This document shows positions 35,812 to 44,836 of a stretch of DNA of 55,247 nucleotides, piece by piece (the stretch's first letter is position 1; every line of letters starts with the position of its first letter). Both the position numbers and the translations under genes were made by a program. The stretch lies in assembly GCA_030041075.1 (NCBI GenBank), contig JASHOP010000098.1, forward strand, positions 1 to 55,247. The letters are read 5' to 3'. The stretch comes from Thermoplasmata archaeon (GTDB taxonomy: Archaea > Thermoplasmatota > Thermoplasmata > Lutacidiplasmatales > UBA184). The notes beneath the pieces are model-generated. The model made no database searches. It was not told the origin of the DNA and saw only the letters and a program-made list of their open reading frames with translations.

Positions 35812-37389
35812 ATGAGCCCCCCGGCCTCCCGGGCCGACGTGGAGGTCGATCCTGTGGCCAGCGCCATCGGCCGAGCCGGGATGACGGGCATCACCCTGAA
35901 GCAGCTCGCGGCGGTCACCAGCCTGCCGCCCGGCCGTGTCACCGATCGCGTGGAGCGGCTGGCCGCCGACCGGACCATCGCCCGTCACGGTCGCGGACTC
36001 TGGGTCCTGAGCCGGTTTGCCGCGGGTCGCCCGACACCGCCCTCCTTCCGGAGTCCGGCATGGTTCTCCCGCGCCTTCGAACGACAGTTCGGTGTCCGGA
36101 TCGGACGGCAGAGCGGAGAGATCCAGTTCAGTCCGAACGAGAAGCGCCCGGTCCATCGCTGGTGGCCGTACGTCCAGGGGTTTTCCGCCGGATTCGTGGA
36201 GCTGACGTGCCGGCGGTTCGGGATCGGGCGGGGATCCGTGGTCCTAGACCCGTTCTGCGGTAGCGGAACGGTCCCCGTGACGGCGCGCTCCCTCGGAGCG
36301 CTGGGGATCGGCATCGACATGATGCCGGTGGCGGCGTTCGTGGCCGCCGCCAAGTCCGAGTGGGAGGTCGACCCGGACGCATTTTGGAGGTCCGCGCTGA
36401 CCGTCGCCCGGGTCCGGGGCGACCCGACCCTGGCCCGTCCGTTCCTGCGGGAGACCGACCGTCAGTTCGACGGAGCGGTCCTGCGCTCGCTCCTGCGGCT
36501 CAAGGAGAGTGTCTGGTCGCAGGACGACGGCGCGGCCAAGACGCTTCTCAAGCTCGTGTTCGCGAGCATCCTGATCGACTGCAGCAATCTCAAGCGCGCG
36601 CCCTGCCTCGGCTACACGCACAAGCCGGGGCGGACGGGGGAGACTCCGTACGACCGGTTCCGGGCCCGTGCCGGACGGGTCCGGGACGATCTCCGCCTTC
36701 TCCAGAGGACGCCCGGAAGGTGGGGCCCCAAACCCCAGATTCATCTCGGCAGCTCCGCGGTGGTCAAGCTCCGCAGCGGGACCGCCGACCTCGCGATCAC
36801 CAGCCCGCCGTACGTCAGCGGGATGGACTACGTGATGAACTACAAGATCGACCTCGCCTGGCTCGACTTCGTTCGCTCGTACGAGGAGCTGGCCCGGTTG
36901 CGCGCCGCGATGGTCGCCTGCGACAACATCCCTCGGAGCACGGCGGCCGAGCACGCGCCTTCCGATTGGGCCCGCTCGGACGACTGGTTGCGCTCGGTGG
37001 CGACGAGCGTAGCGAGAAACATCGACGCGAAGGGCGCGTACCGGCGGGACGACATGGCCGCGATCGTGACGAAGTATTTCGACGACCTCGTCCCGGTCGT
37101 TCGGAACGTCTACGATGCCCTCAAGCCGGGCGGCCGTTTCGTGGTCGTGAACGGCGACTCGCTGATCGCCGGGACCTACGTCCCGGGGGACATGATCTTC
37201 GCCCGTCTCGCCGTCCGGGCAGGGTTCGAGGTCGAGGCGTTCGATGTCGCTCGCGAGCGGCGCTCGGGCCAGCATCGGGGCTTCGTGCTTCGGGAGTCGA
37301 TCGCCACGCTGCGCAAGCCGGGTCCGTACGCTCCGCCGCACGCGGTCCGAGCGGTTCGCGAACCCGGGAGCCCCGACCTGCCGAACTGA
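35812..37389 (+). CDS. DNA methyltransferase (motif I precedes the SPPY motif IV) with an N-terminal winged-helix-like domain
   Basis: The first ~70 aa are HTH-like (ITLKQLAAVTSLPPGRVTDRVERLAADRTIARHGRGLWVL). The AdoMet motif VLDPFCGSGTV lies near aa 145 and the catalytic ADLAITSPPYVSGMDY near aa 330. Confidence 0.7.
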   Translation: MSPPASRADVEVDPVASAIGRAGMTGITLKQLAAVTSLPPGRVTDRVERLAADRTIARHGRGLWVLSRFAAGRPTPPSFRSPAWFSRAFERQFGVRIGRQSGEIQFSPNEKRPVHRWWPYVQGFSAGFVELTCRRFGIGRGSVVLDPFCGSGTVPVTARSLGALGIGIDMMPVAAFVAAAKSEWEVDPDAFWRSALTVARVRGDPTLARPFLRETDRQFDGAVLRSLLRLKESVWSQDDGAAKTLLKLVFASILIDCSNLKRAPCLGYTHKPGRTGETPYDRFRARAGRVRDDLRLLQRTPGRWGPKPQIHLGSSAVVKLRSGTADLAITSPPYVSGMDYVMNYKIDLAWLDFVRSYEELARLRAAMVACDNIPRSTAAEHAPSDWARSDDWLRSVATSVARNIDAKGAYRRDDMAAIVTKYFDDLVPVVRNVYDALKPGGRFVVVNGDSLIAGTYVPGDMIFARLAVRAGFEVEAFDVARERRSGQHRGFVLRESIATLRKPGPYAPPHAVRAVREPGSPDLPN

Positions 37390-37664
37390 GCCACCGACCG
37401 CGCGCTCGGGCCCCACCGGTTTCGTCCGCCGACGCGAGGCGAAGGTCGACGGCCCGGCTCCTGGGCCGGGACCGGGTCCCGCACTGCCCTCGGCGTTCCC
37501 CCCGGCTCGATCCGCTCGTCCTCGAGCCGGATCGCCCGAGGGCGGAGTCCGTCGGCGCCCGGGGCGGGTCGTCCCGCGCCGCGCGTGGCCCGGTCACGAC
37601 CGGTAGAGGTCCCTGGGAGCGCCGTCGGCCCGGAGCCGAACCGATCCGATCGGAGTTCGGGACC

Positions 37665-37670
37665 TTAATC
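37665..37670 (+). promoter_or_regulatory. TATA-like box (TTAATC) for the cyclase gene, preceded by the near-palindrome CCGAAC-CGA-TCCGATCGGA-GTTCGG (37636-37660)
   Basis: An A/T patch lies 23-28 nt upstream of the GTG at 37693. The 10-bp perfect palindrome TCCGATCGGA is flanked by CCGAAC and GTTCGG. Confidence 0.35.
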
Positions 37671-37692
37671 TACCACCGCCAGTTCGCAGGCC

Positions 37693-39651
37693 GTGACTCC
37701 CGGCCGTCGACTCGCCGCGGTCATGTTCACCGATACGGTCGGGTACACGGCGTCGACCCACGCGGACGAGGCCCGGGGGCTCGAGCTGATGCGGCAGCAG
37801 GCCGAGCTGATCCGCCCGATCCTGGCGATCCACCACGGGCGCGAGATCAAGTCGACGGGCGACGGCTTTCTCGTCGAGTTCGACAGCGCCCTCAAGGCCA
37901 CGCTGTGCGCGATCGGGATCCAGCGCCGCGTGTTCGAGCGCACCGCCGAGGGGGGCGGGGAGCCGTTCCAGATCCGGATCGGGATCCATCTCGGCGACGT
38001 CGTGGAGCGCGACGGCGACATCCTCGGCGATGCGGTGAACATCGCCGCCCGTATCGAGCCGAGGGCCGAGCCCGGAGGGATCTGCGTCTCCGGCGCCGTG
38101 CACGACCAGGTCGAGAACAAGATACCGGACCGGCTGGAGCGGCTGCCGCCCGCGGAGCTCAAAGGGGTCGCGGGGACGATCGACGTCTACCGGATCGTTC
38201 TCCCCTGGGCCGGCTCGGCCGAGCCGCGGACGGGCCCCGTCGGTCCGGCGTCGAGCGCCCGGCTCGCGGTCCTCCCGTTCGTGAACATCAGCCCGGACCC
38301 GACCGACGAGTACTTCGCCGACGGCCTCACCGAGGAGCTGATCGCGGCCCTCGCGCTCGTCCCCGGCCTCAAGGTGATCGCCCGGACCTCCGTGATGAAC
38401 TACAAGCACAAGCCGAAGAAGGTCACCGAGATCGGCCAGGAGCTCGACGTCGGCACGATCGTCGAGGGGAGCGTCCGCCGGGCCGCGAACCGGATCCGGG
38501 TCACGATCCAGGTCATCGACGTCGCGACCGAGGAGCATCGCTGGGCGTCGAGCTACGACGACAACCTGGACGACGTCTTCGCGGTCCAGCGCGACATCGC
38601 CTCCCGGGTCGTCGCGGCGATCCCCGGCAACCTGCGTGCGGCGACCGCCCCCCTCCCGGAGCTCGACAAGGCCCGGGAGACCGGGAGCTACCTCGCCTAC
38701 CTGCAGGGGCAGGCGCTCATGTGGCGCCGGGAGGAGGCGCCGCTCCGCGAAGCGATCCGGTTCTTCGAGCAGGCGATCGCGCGGGACCCCACGTACGCCC
38801 GCGCCTACGCGGGGATCGCCCGGTCGTACGTCGGCCTGGGCATCGAAGGGTTCATCCCGTGGGAGGAGTCGATCTCGCGGGGGAGGGCGGCCGCCGAGAA
38901 GGCGGGCGCCCTCAACCCGGAGCTCGCGGAGGCCCACGCCCTCCTGGCCGAGTTCGCCTTCATGGCGGACGACCCGGACGAGGTCGTGAACCGGGAGGCG
39001 CGCCGGGCGATCCAGCTCAACCCGAACCTCGCCGAGGCCCACGACCTTCTCGGCCAGGTCGCGGGCGCGCTCGGGAACATCGAGCTGTACGTGAGCCAGG
39101 CGGAGATGGCGTACCAGCTCGACCCGCTGTCGATCCCCACGATCGCCTACCTCGGCCGGGCGTACTTCTTCGCCGGTCGCCTCGACGAGGCGCTCGCCCA
39201 CTGGAGGCGGACCGTGCACCTCGACCCGCACAATGCGTATCGGGGGATGGCCGACCTCGCGATGCTGAAGGGCGACTTCGGTCAGGCGGAGGCGTCCGTG
39301 CGGGAGCTCGAGCGGATGGCGCCGACGAGCGATTTCGCGCTGCTGTCCCGGGGCTACCTCGCCGCGCTGCAGGGCGACCGGGCGACGGCGATGGAAGCGA
39401 TCCGCAAGCTGAAGGTGACCTTCGGAGAGGGGTACGCCCGTCTCTCCTCGGTCGGGTTCATCTACCTCGCGCTGGGGGACCGCGACCGGTTCTTCGAGCA
39501 GATGTTCACCGCAGCCCGGTCCCACACCCTCCAGATCTCGCGCCTACGGTTCTCCCCTCTCTTCAGCGAGGTGCGCAAGGACCCGAGGTTCCTCGAGCTC
39601 CTGGCGCTGGACTCGCCCCGCCGTACTGCGACGCCGAACTCTCCGCCGTAG
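37693..39651 (+). CDS. Class III adenylate/guanylate cyclase domain fused to a TolB-N-like module and TPR repeats
   Basis: The cyclase homology domain carries AVMFTDTVGYT, IKSTGDGFLVEF, IGIHLGDV and GDAVNIAARIE. It is followed by LAVLPFVNISPDPTDEYFADGLTEELI and then multiple TPR-like repeats (AYAGIARSY, AEAHALLAE, AEAHDLLGQ). Confidence 0.85.
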   Translation: MTPGRRLAAVMFTDTVGYTASTHADEARGLELMRQQAELIRPILAIHHGREIKSTGDGFLVEFDSALKATLCAIGIQRRVFERTAEGGGEPFQIRIGIHLGDVVERDGDILGDAVNIAARIEPRAEPGGICVSGAVHDQVENKIPDRLERLPPAELKGVAGTIDVYRIVLPWAGSAEPRTGPVGPASSARLAVLPFVNISPDPTDEYFADGLTEELIAALALVPGLKVIARTSVMNYKHKPKKVTEIGQELDVGTIVEGSVRRAANRIRVTIQVIDVATEEHRWASSYDDNLDDVFAVQRDIASRVVAAIPGNLRAATAPLPELDKARETGSYLAYLQGQALMWRREEAPLREAIRFFEQAIARDPTYARAYAGIARSYVGLGIEGFIPWEESISRGRAAAEKAGALNPELAEAHALLAEFAFMADDPDEVVNREARRAIQLNPNLAEAHDLLGQVAGALGNIELYVSQAEMAYQLDPLSIPTIAYLGRAYFFAGRLDEALAHWRRTVHLDPHNAYRGMADLAMLKGDFGQAEASVRELERMAPTSDFALLSRGYLAALQGDRATAMEAIRKLKVTFGEGYARLSSVGFIYLALGDRDRFFEQMFTAARSHTLQISRLRFSPLFSEVRKDPRFLELLALDSPRRTATPNSPP

Positions 39652-40189
39652 GCAGGCCCGGTTCCCGCGCGGCCCGCTCGGGCCGAGATAGGCGGCCGCA
39701 CGGGAGGGCTCCGATCGAGCGGCGCCGCGGGACGCAGCCTTCCCCCCACCCCCGTCCCGCGGTACCGCACCGGCTCGTCATCGATCCCGCCCGCAAGGGC
39801 ACGCATCCTTCGCTCCACCCTTCGCCCGCCCGACCGGCTCGAGCGCGGTTGGCGGCGCCTGACCCCGCTCGGGTCCGGTCCGCGCGGCGTCGGAACGAGG
39901 GGAACGCGGGCCGGTCCGCAGGACGGCGATCGGGAAACCCCGAGAGGCGGCCCGGGCCGAGAAGTCTCGCTCGAAGACCGGAGCGGAGGGCCACGTTCGC
40001 TCGCCAAACCGGGAGCGGCCGGACGCCCGGGACGGAGGCGGTGACGACCGGGGATTACCTCGCGCCACCAAACCCTCATGAGCTGAGCCGGTCGCTGCGC
40101 GGGAGTTCTCTCGATACGCCGGTCCCGGTGCGGCTGCCGCGCGGTCGGCCAAAGCGGGATAGGCCGGCTCCCCCTAGGGGCGGGGCAGG

Positions 40190-41293
40190 ATGTCGACATC
40201 GAGGGCACGGACTCCCGTATTCCAGATCCGTTCCCACGTATCGGCCCCGCCCGGTAGCGTCTTCCCTGCCCTCTGGGGCGAGCTCTCTTCTTCGCTTCTT
40301 CAGCGGGGGTGGCTCATCGACCGCGAAACCGGCGGTAGGCTGCGGAGGCCCGGAAAGCGGTCGCCGCGGGAGGACGCCGGGTACGTGGAGCGCTGGGATC
40401 CCCCGTACGAGGCGCGGGTGATCTGGAAACCGGGGGCCGCCAGGACGGGGAGACCCCCGCGTCTATCGATCCGGTGCCGGGGCGAGGGATCGGGGACGAC
40501 GATCCTGGTCGAGCACTCGGGCGGCACGAGCCTGCGGGGGGCTCCCCGCGAGGAGCAGGAGCTGGGGTGGCTGGCGACCGAGGTCGTGGCCCCGCTCCTT
40601 CTGGCGATCGCGCCGGCCCGTCTGGCCGAGTGGGCGGACGATCGCGGGGGTCGGAGGCCCTCGGGTCCGAGCAGCCGTGCCCTCTACAAGGAGCCGATCT
40701 ATCACCTGCCAGGCTTCCACGCGATCCTCGAGGGCCTGGCGCTCCGGAAGGACGATCTCCTGCTGGAGGTGGGGTGCGGCGGCGGGGCGCTGCTCAAGAG
40801 GGCGCTGGCCACGGGGTGCACCGCCGCCGCGGTCGATCACAGCGCGGAGATGCTGGCCGTGGCCTCCCAGCAGAACGCGCGGGCTCTGGCCGCCGGCCAC
40901 CTCCAGCTTCGGTACGGCGATGCCACCGCGTTGCCGTTCCCCGGCGAACGGTTCACGTGCGCGGTCATGTCCGGGGTCCTTCCATGGCTCCCCGATCCCG
41001 TCAGCGCGTTCCGGGAGGTGTTCCGGACCCTCCGACCGGGCGGACGGTTCGTCGCGTGGACCAGCACGCCCAAGATGTACGGAACTCCCGCGGTCGGCCC
41101 AAAGCGACGGGGAGGCGCCCGCCTGTACGACGATCGCGCGCTGACCCGATTCGCCCGAAAGGCCGGCTTCTCGGACATTCGTGTCGATCATCCGGACCTC
41201 CGACCGGTCGCCAGGGCGGTCCGGGTCCCCCGGTCCGCCCGATTCCTCTTCGGCCCCGAGTACGGCGTTCTGCTGTGGGCCCGCCGAGGCTGA
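40190..41293 (+). CDS. SRPBCC (START/AHSA1-like) domain fused to a class I SAM-dependent methyltransferase (Methyltransf_11-like)
   Basis: The N-terminal ~150 aa are SRPBCC-like (FQIRSHVSAPPGSVFPAL..). The C-terminal half has LLEVGCGGGALL, FTCAVMSGVLPWLPDP and LRPGGRFV. Confidence 0.6.
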   Translation: MSTSRARTPVFQIRSHVSAPPGSVFPALWGELSSSLLQRGWLIDRETGGRLRRPGKRSPREDAGYVERWDPPYEARVIWKPGAARTGRPPRLSIRCRGEGSGTTILVEHSGGTSLRGAPREEQELGWLATEVVAPLLLAIAPARLAEWADDRGGRRPSGPSSRALYKEPIYHLPGFHAILEGLALRKDDLLLEVGCGGGALLKRALATGCTAAAVDHSAEMLAVASQQNARALAAGHLQLRYGDATALPFPGERFTCAVMSGVLPWLPDPVSAFREVFRTLRPGGRFVAWTSTPKMYGTPAVGPKRRGGARLYDDRALTRFARKAGFSDIRVDHPDLRPVARAVRVPRSARFLFGPEYGVLLWARRG

Positions 41294-41714
41294 GTATCGG
41301 CCGTTCCGACGGGTCCGGGGAGAGTCCAGGAGCGCCGCCGCGGCAGGTCGTCCACGAGCCGGTCGAGATCGCGGCGCCGGTTCGCCGTGCTCCGACGGAC
41401 GGATCCGAACCGATGGACCCGTATCGCCCCGTCCGCTCGAGCAAGGGCTACCACCCCGTCCGTCGGGCCCGAGGATCTCCTCGCTCCGAGCCGCTCACCG
41501 GCCTCGACCTTCCGGACCGGGGACGACGCGGCGACCACCACCCGACGCGTCGGAACCAATGAAGTTCGACCAACGGCCCCGGCTGGACGGTGGGGGGGCA
41601 CGAACCGATCCACGGCCCCATGACCCACGGAGCAGGATGACGCACGGTACGTCGCTCGCGTCGCGCCAAGGGCGCGCGTCGTGGGCTCGCCCGGGCTGAC
41701 CTTCCGGGTCTCCG

Positions 41715-42362
41715 TCACGCGGGTCGCGCAGTCCCCGGTTCGGGATCGGGGGGATCGCTCGCCGCCGCGACCACGGGCCCCGGAGGGGGAGTGTACGGGC
41801 GGAACTCGCGGGCGAGGAGCCCCATCATCTCACAGTCGCGATACTCCCCATCGACGCGAAAATTCTCCCGGGCCCACCCTTCGGAGCGAAAGCCCAGCCG
41901 CCGGAGAACCGCCCTAGACGCCGGATTGCCCCGGACGACCCCCGTCTCGATCCGGTGAAGACGCAGGGTCCGGAACGCCTCCTGGCAGAGCCGGGAGGCG
42001 GCTTCGGAGGCGATCCCCTGCCCCCAGAACGGCCGGGCGACCCAGTAGCCGATGTGGGCGCGCCGGTCCCGGAGCGAACGGATCTCGAGCCCGCACGAGC
42101 CGACGTACTCCCCGGAGCCGCGGATCGCGATCGCGAGCCTGTAGCCGTCGCCCGAGCGAAGGGTGGCCCGCGCGCTTCGAACGAACGCCGTTCCGTCCGC
42201 GAGATCGTACTGCGGCCAAAGGGGGATCGTGCGGGAGACCTCCCGATCGCTCAGCCACCGGGCGATCCGGGGAGGGTCGCGGAGCGAGTAGGCCCGGAGA
42301 AGGAGGCGTGGCGTTCTCAGCGGAAGGCGTAGGCGGGGGAGGTTGACCCTGGGCGGTGGCAT
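41715..42362 (-). CDS. GNAT N-acetyltransferase, RimJ/RimL-like
   Basis: The ATG is at 42362. IGYWVARPFWGQGIASEA and LHRIETGVVRGNPASRAVLRRLGFRSEG are present. Confidence 0.75.
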   Translation of the reverse strand: MPPPRVNLPRLRLPLRTPRLLLRAYSLRDPPRIARWLSDREVSRTIPLWPQYDLADGTAFVRSARATLRSGDGYRLAIAIRGSGEYVGSCGLEIRSLRDRRAHIGYWVARPFWGQGIASEAASRLCQEAFRTLRLHRIETGVVRGNPASRAVLRRLGFRSEGWARENFRVDGEYRDCEMMGLLAREFRPYTPPPGPVVAAASDPPDPEPGTARPA

Positions 42363-42664
42363 CCGAAGACCGCGGTAGGTCCCCGGCGCCTTGACGGTTT
42401 GCAAGGTTCGCGAGGACAGGCGCGGTTCCCGACGGACCCTCGTCGTATCGACCGGCATCGCGGCGCTCCGTGGAGGATCCGGCTCCCGTGCGTGTCGGGG
42501 ACGGTTGACGAGCCCGGTCGGGGTCGTCGGGGAACGAATTCCGTAGCGTCCCGAAGGCCGTCGTGAGGAGGATCGTCCCGCCCGCCCCGCTGGTGACGCC
42601 CAGCCCATGTTCGGCGACCATCGCCCGGACCCCCCGGGAGACCGGTGGCGCACCGGGCCCCCGG

Positions 42665-43066
42665 TCACCGGGCGGACCCGGTCCGAGGGCCGACCAGTTC
42701 CTCCGGGGCGAAGGTACGGCTACGACGAGGGTGGCACGTCACGTAGACGAGTCGGGTCGTCGCGCGGAGACTCCGTCGCGACCGTTTCGGGACGAGATGG
42801 ACGCTTCCCGGTCCAAAGGGGATTGACTGCGCGTCGATCTCCAGTGTTCCGTGTCCTCGCAGCCCTACCAGGAGCACGTCGACCGCTCCGTTGACGTGCC
42901 GCGCGACTCCGTGCCGGGGAAGCCACGCCACGAGGTTTACGTCGAGAGCCTCGCCGGCGACGCTCCAGCGGACCCCTTCCCCGGCCGAGCGCGCGACCCG
43001 ATCGACCGCGTCGGCGCGAACGCCGCCCGCACCGCCGTCCTTCGCCGTCGGCGGTCGGACCGACAT
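42665..43066 (-). CDS. Cupin domain protein
   Basis: The ATG at 43066 is preceded by GTTAAAT 25-31 nt upstream. GVARHVNGAVDVLLVGLRGHGTLEIDAQSIPFGPGSVHLVP is cupin-like. Confidence 0.5.
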   Translation of the reverse strand: MSVRPPTAKDGGAGGVRADAVDRVARSAGEGVRWSVAGEALDVNLVAWLPRHGVARHVNGAVDVLLVGLRGHGTLEIDAQSIPFGPGSVHLVPKRSRRSLRATTRLVYVTCHPRRSRTFAPEELVGPRTGSAR

Positions 43067-43090
43067 GGTGCGGCGGATTCGAGCGCACGG

Positions 43091-43097
43091 ATTTAAC
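43091..43097 (-). promoter_or_regulatory. TATA-like box (GTTAAAT on the coding strand) for the cupin gene
   Basis: An isolated A/T heptamer 25-31 nt upstream of the ATG at 43066. Confidence 0.35.
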
Positions 43098-43332
43098 CCT
43101 CCGCGATCGCGTCCCGTCGGCCGGTCCCCGACGGGATCGGAGTCGGACCCGCCGGCGCCCGGGTCCGGTCGTCCGCAGCGCGCTCGCGTCGTGTCGGACA
43201 CGGAGCCGCTTCGCGGTCGTTCCCTACCGCGCGACTCGTGCGGTCCGGGCGGGGCGCGAGGGCCTGCGGGCGGGCACCGGCACCGGACCCGCGCGGACGG
43301 GCCGCGTCCGCCCGACGCACGGACGTCGGGGA

Positions 43333-44598
43333 TCACCCCGGACCGTCGGGCTCAAGGACGGCCCGGTAGCAGCTCAGGAATTCGTCGGCCATCCGGCCGG
43401 CCGAGCCGTGTTCCACGACCCACGCGCGGGCCCGATGGGCGAGCTGACGTGCCGAGTTCGGGTCCGCTAGGAGCTGGTCGATCGCCGCGGCAACCCCCGC
43501 GGCGTCGTCCGGGTCGACGATCCGGCAGGCCTCCGAACGCCGAGCGATCTCTCCCGGACCGCCGTGGGAGGTCACGACGCACGCCGCTCCGGCGGACATC
43601 GCCTCGAGGAGGGCCACGGAGGAGGTGTCCGATAGCGACGGGAGAACGAAGACCGAGGTCTGCGCCAGGAGCGCGGGCTTCTCGGCTTCGGCCACCGGCC
43701 CGACGTACCGTGCCCGAACGGACAGGACCGCGCTGGAGCGCATCCGAGCCGCCATCGCGGCACGCTGCGGTCCCTCGCCTCCCAGGATGGCGATCCACGG
43801 GGTGTCGTTCCGCAGTCGCTCGACCGCGTCCAGGAACCGGTGGACGCCCTTGTCGCGGGTGAGGCGGCCCAGGAAGGTGACCAGCGTCGGTCGAGTCGAC
43901 CCCAGCCGGGCCCGCCAATCCGGCGCGGAGATGCCCGGCCGGAAGGTCTCGGTATCGACCCCGTTCTCGACCACCCGCGGTAGACCCGACCGGGCCGGCC
44001 GACCGGGGCGCTGGAGGAGCCTCGCCGCGGACGCCGTGGGCGCGGTCGCGAGCTCCGACGAGCGACAGAGGTCGATGCTGAACCGCCCCCAGGCGCGGTA
44101 GAACGCGCGCGATACCCTCGACCTCCCGGACCCGCGAAGCAGCTCCGAGAGGTGGGTGTGGTAGGTGCCGACGATCGGCAGCCTCCAGGTCCGGGCCGCG
44201 AGCCAGCCGGCCACGCCGACGAATCCCGGTGTGTGAACGTGGACGACGTCGAACCGCCTCCGCACCATGACGGTCGCGGTCCAAGGAAAGAGGGCCACGA
44301 GGTACTGGGGATACTTGGGTGCCGGCAGCGCGAGGAAGCGCCGGATGCGGAGCCCATCGTCGCGGCTCTCGCTCCGCTCCGTCCCCCGCGGTCGCACGGT
44401 GAAGACGGTCACCTCGTGCCCCGAGCGCCGCAGCGCTCGGCCCAGGGTCTCGGTCACGTTCGCCACGCCGTCGTGGGTGGGGGGGAAAGTGTCGGTGAAG
44501 AACGCCACACGCAGCCTCGTCCGGGCGGGCGGAGCCGGGGCGATGACGGGACGGTCGCCGACGGGGCCCGAGGCGAGCTGGCCTGAGCGGGTCTCCAT
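43333..44598 (-). CDS. Glycosyltransferase family 4 (GT-B fold)
   Basis: LRVAFFTDTFPPTHDGVANV, HVHTPGFVG and the C-terminal E-x7-E-like region VFVLPSLSDTSSVALLEAMSAG are present. Confidence 0.85.
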   Translation of the reverse strand: METRSGQLASGPVGDRPVIAPAPPARTRLRVAFFTDTFPPTHDGVANVTETLGRALRRSGHEVTVFTVRPRGTERSESRDDGLRIRRFLALPAPKYPQYLVALFPWTATVMVRRRFDVVHVHTPGFVGVAGWLAARTWRLPIVGTYHTHLSELLRGSGRSRVSRAFYRAWGRFSIDLCRSSELATAPTASAARLLQRPGRPARSGLPRVVENGVDTETFRPGISAPDWRARLGSTRPTLVTFLGRLTRDKGVHRFLDAVERLRNDTPWIAILGGEGPQRAAMAARMRSSAVLSVRARYVGPVAEAEKPALLAQTSVFVLPSLSDTSSVALLEAMSAGAACVVTSHGGPGEIARRSEACRIVDPDDAAGVAAAIDQLLADPNSARQLAHRARAWVVEHGSAGRMADEFLSCYRAVLEPDGPG

Positions 44599-44836
44599 CG
44601 TTCAGCGGTCGGGAGGCGATCCCCCCATCGGTAGCCCCGGCCGTACTTCGCGAAGACCCCCTCGGGCGCGGTCCGGGGCCCACCGAGCGTGGGGATCGGG
44701 CCGCGACCCCGGGTTCCGGGCTACACGGTCAACGGATCGGTGGCCGGGGCCATCGCCTCCTGGGCGACCCGGTCGCCGGCCCCGCGGGCGTGGCGGCCGG
44801 TCTTGAGGAGGAGAGACCGCGGGTCCCGAGCACCGG

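Noticed and set aside
39652-40189. I considered RNase P RNA or SRP RNA in the large spacer.
   Set aside because: The conserved cores are not present on either strand: GAGGAAAGUCC (CR-I) for RNase P, and the GGAAG..AGCA helix-8 motif for SRP. The region is kept only as an unexplained gap.
36360-40421. A 1353-aa plus-strand ORF, the longest in the window, spans the DNA MTase, the cyclase and two spacers.
   Set aside because: The product is continuous low-complexity Arg/Pro/Gly sequence with no domain. It overlaps two well-supported genes in other frames on the same strand. It is a shadow ORF, not a giant protein.
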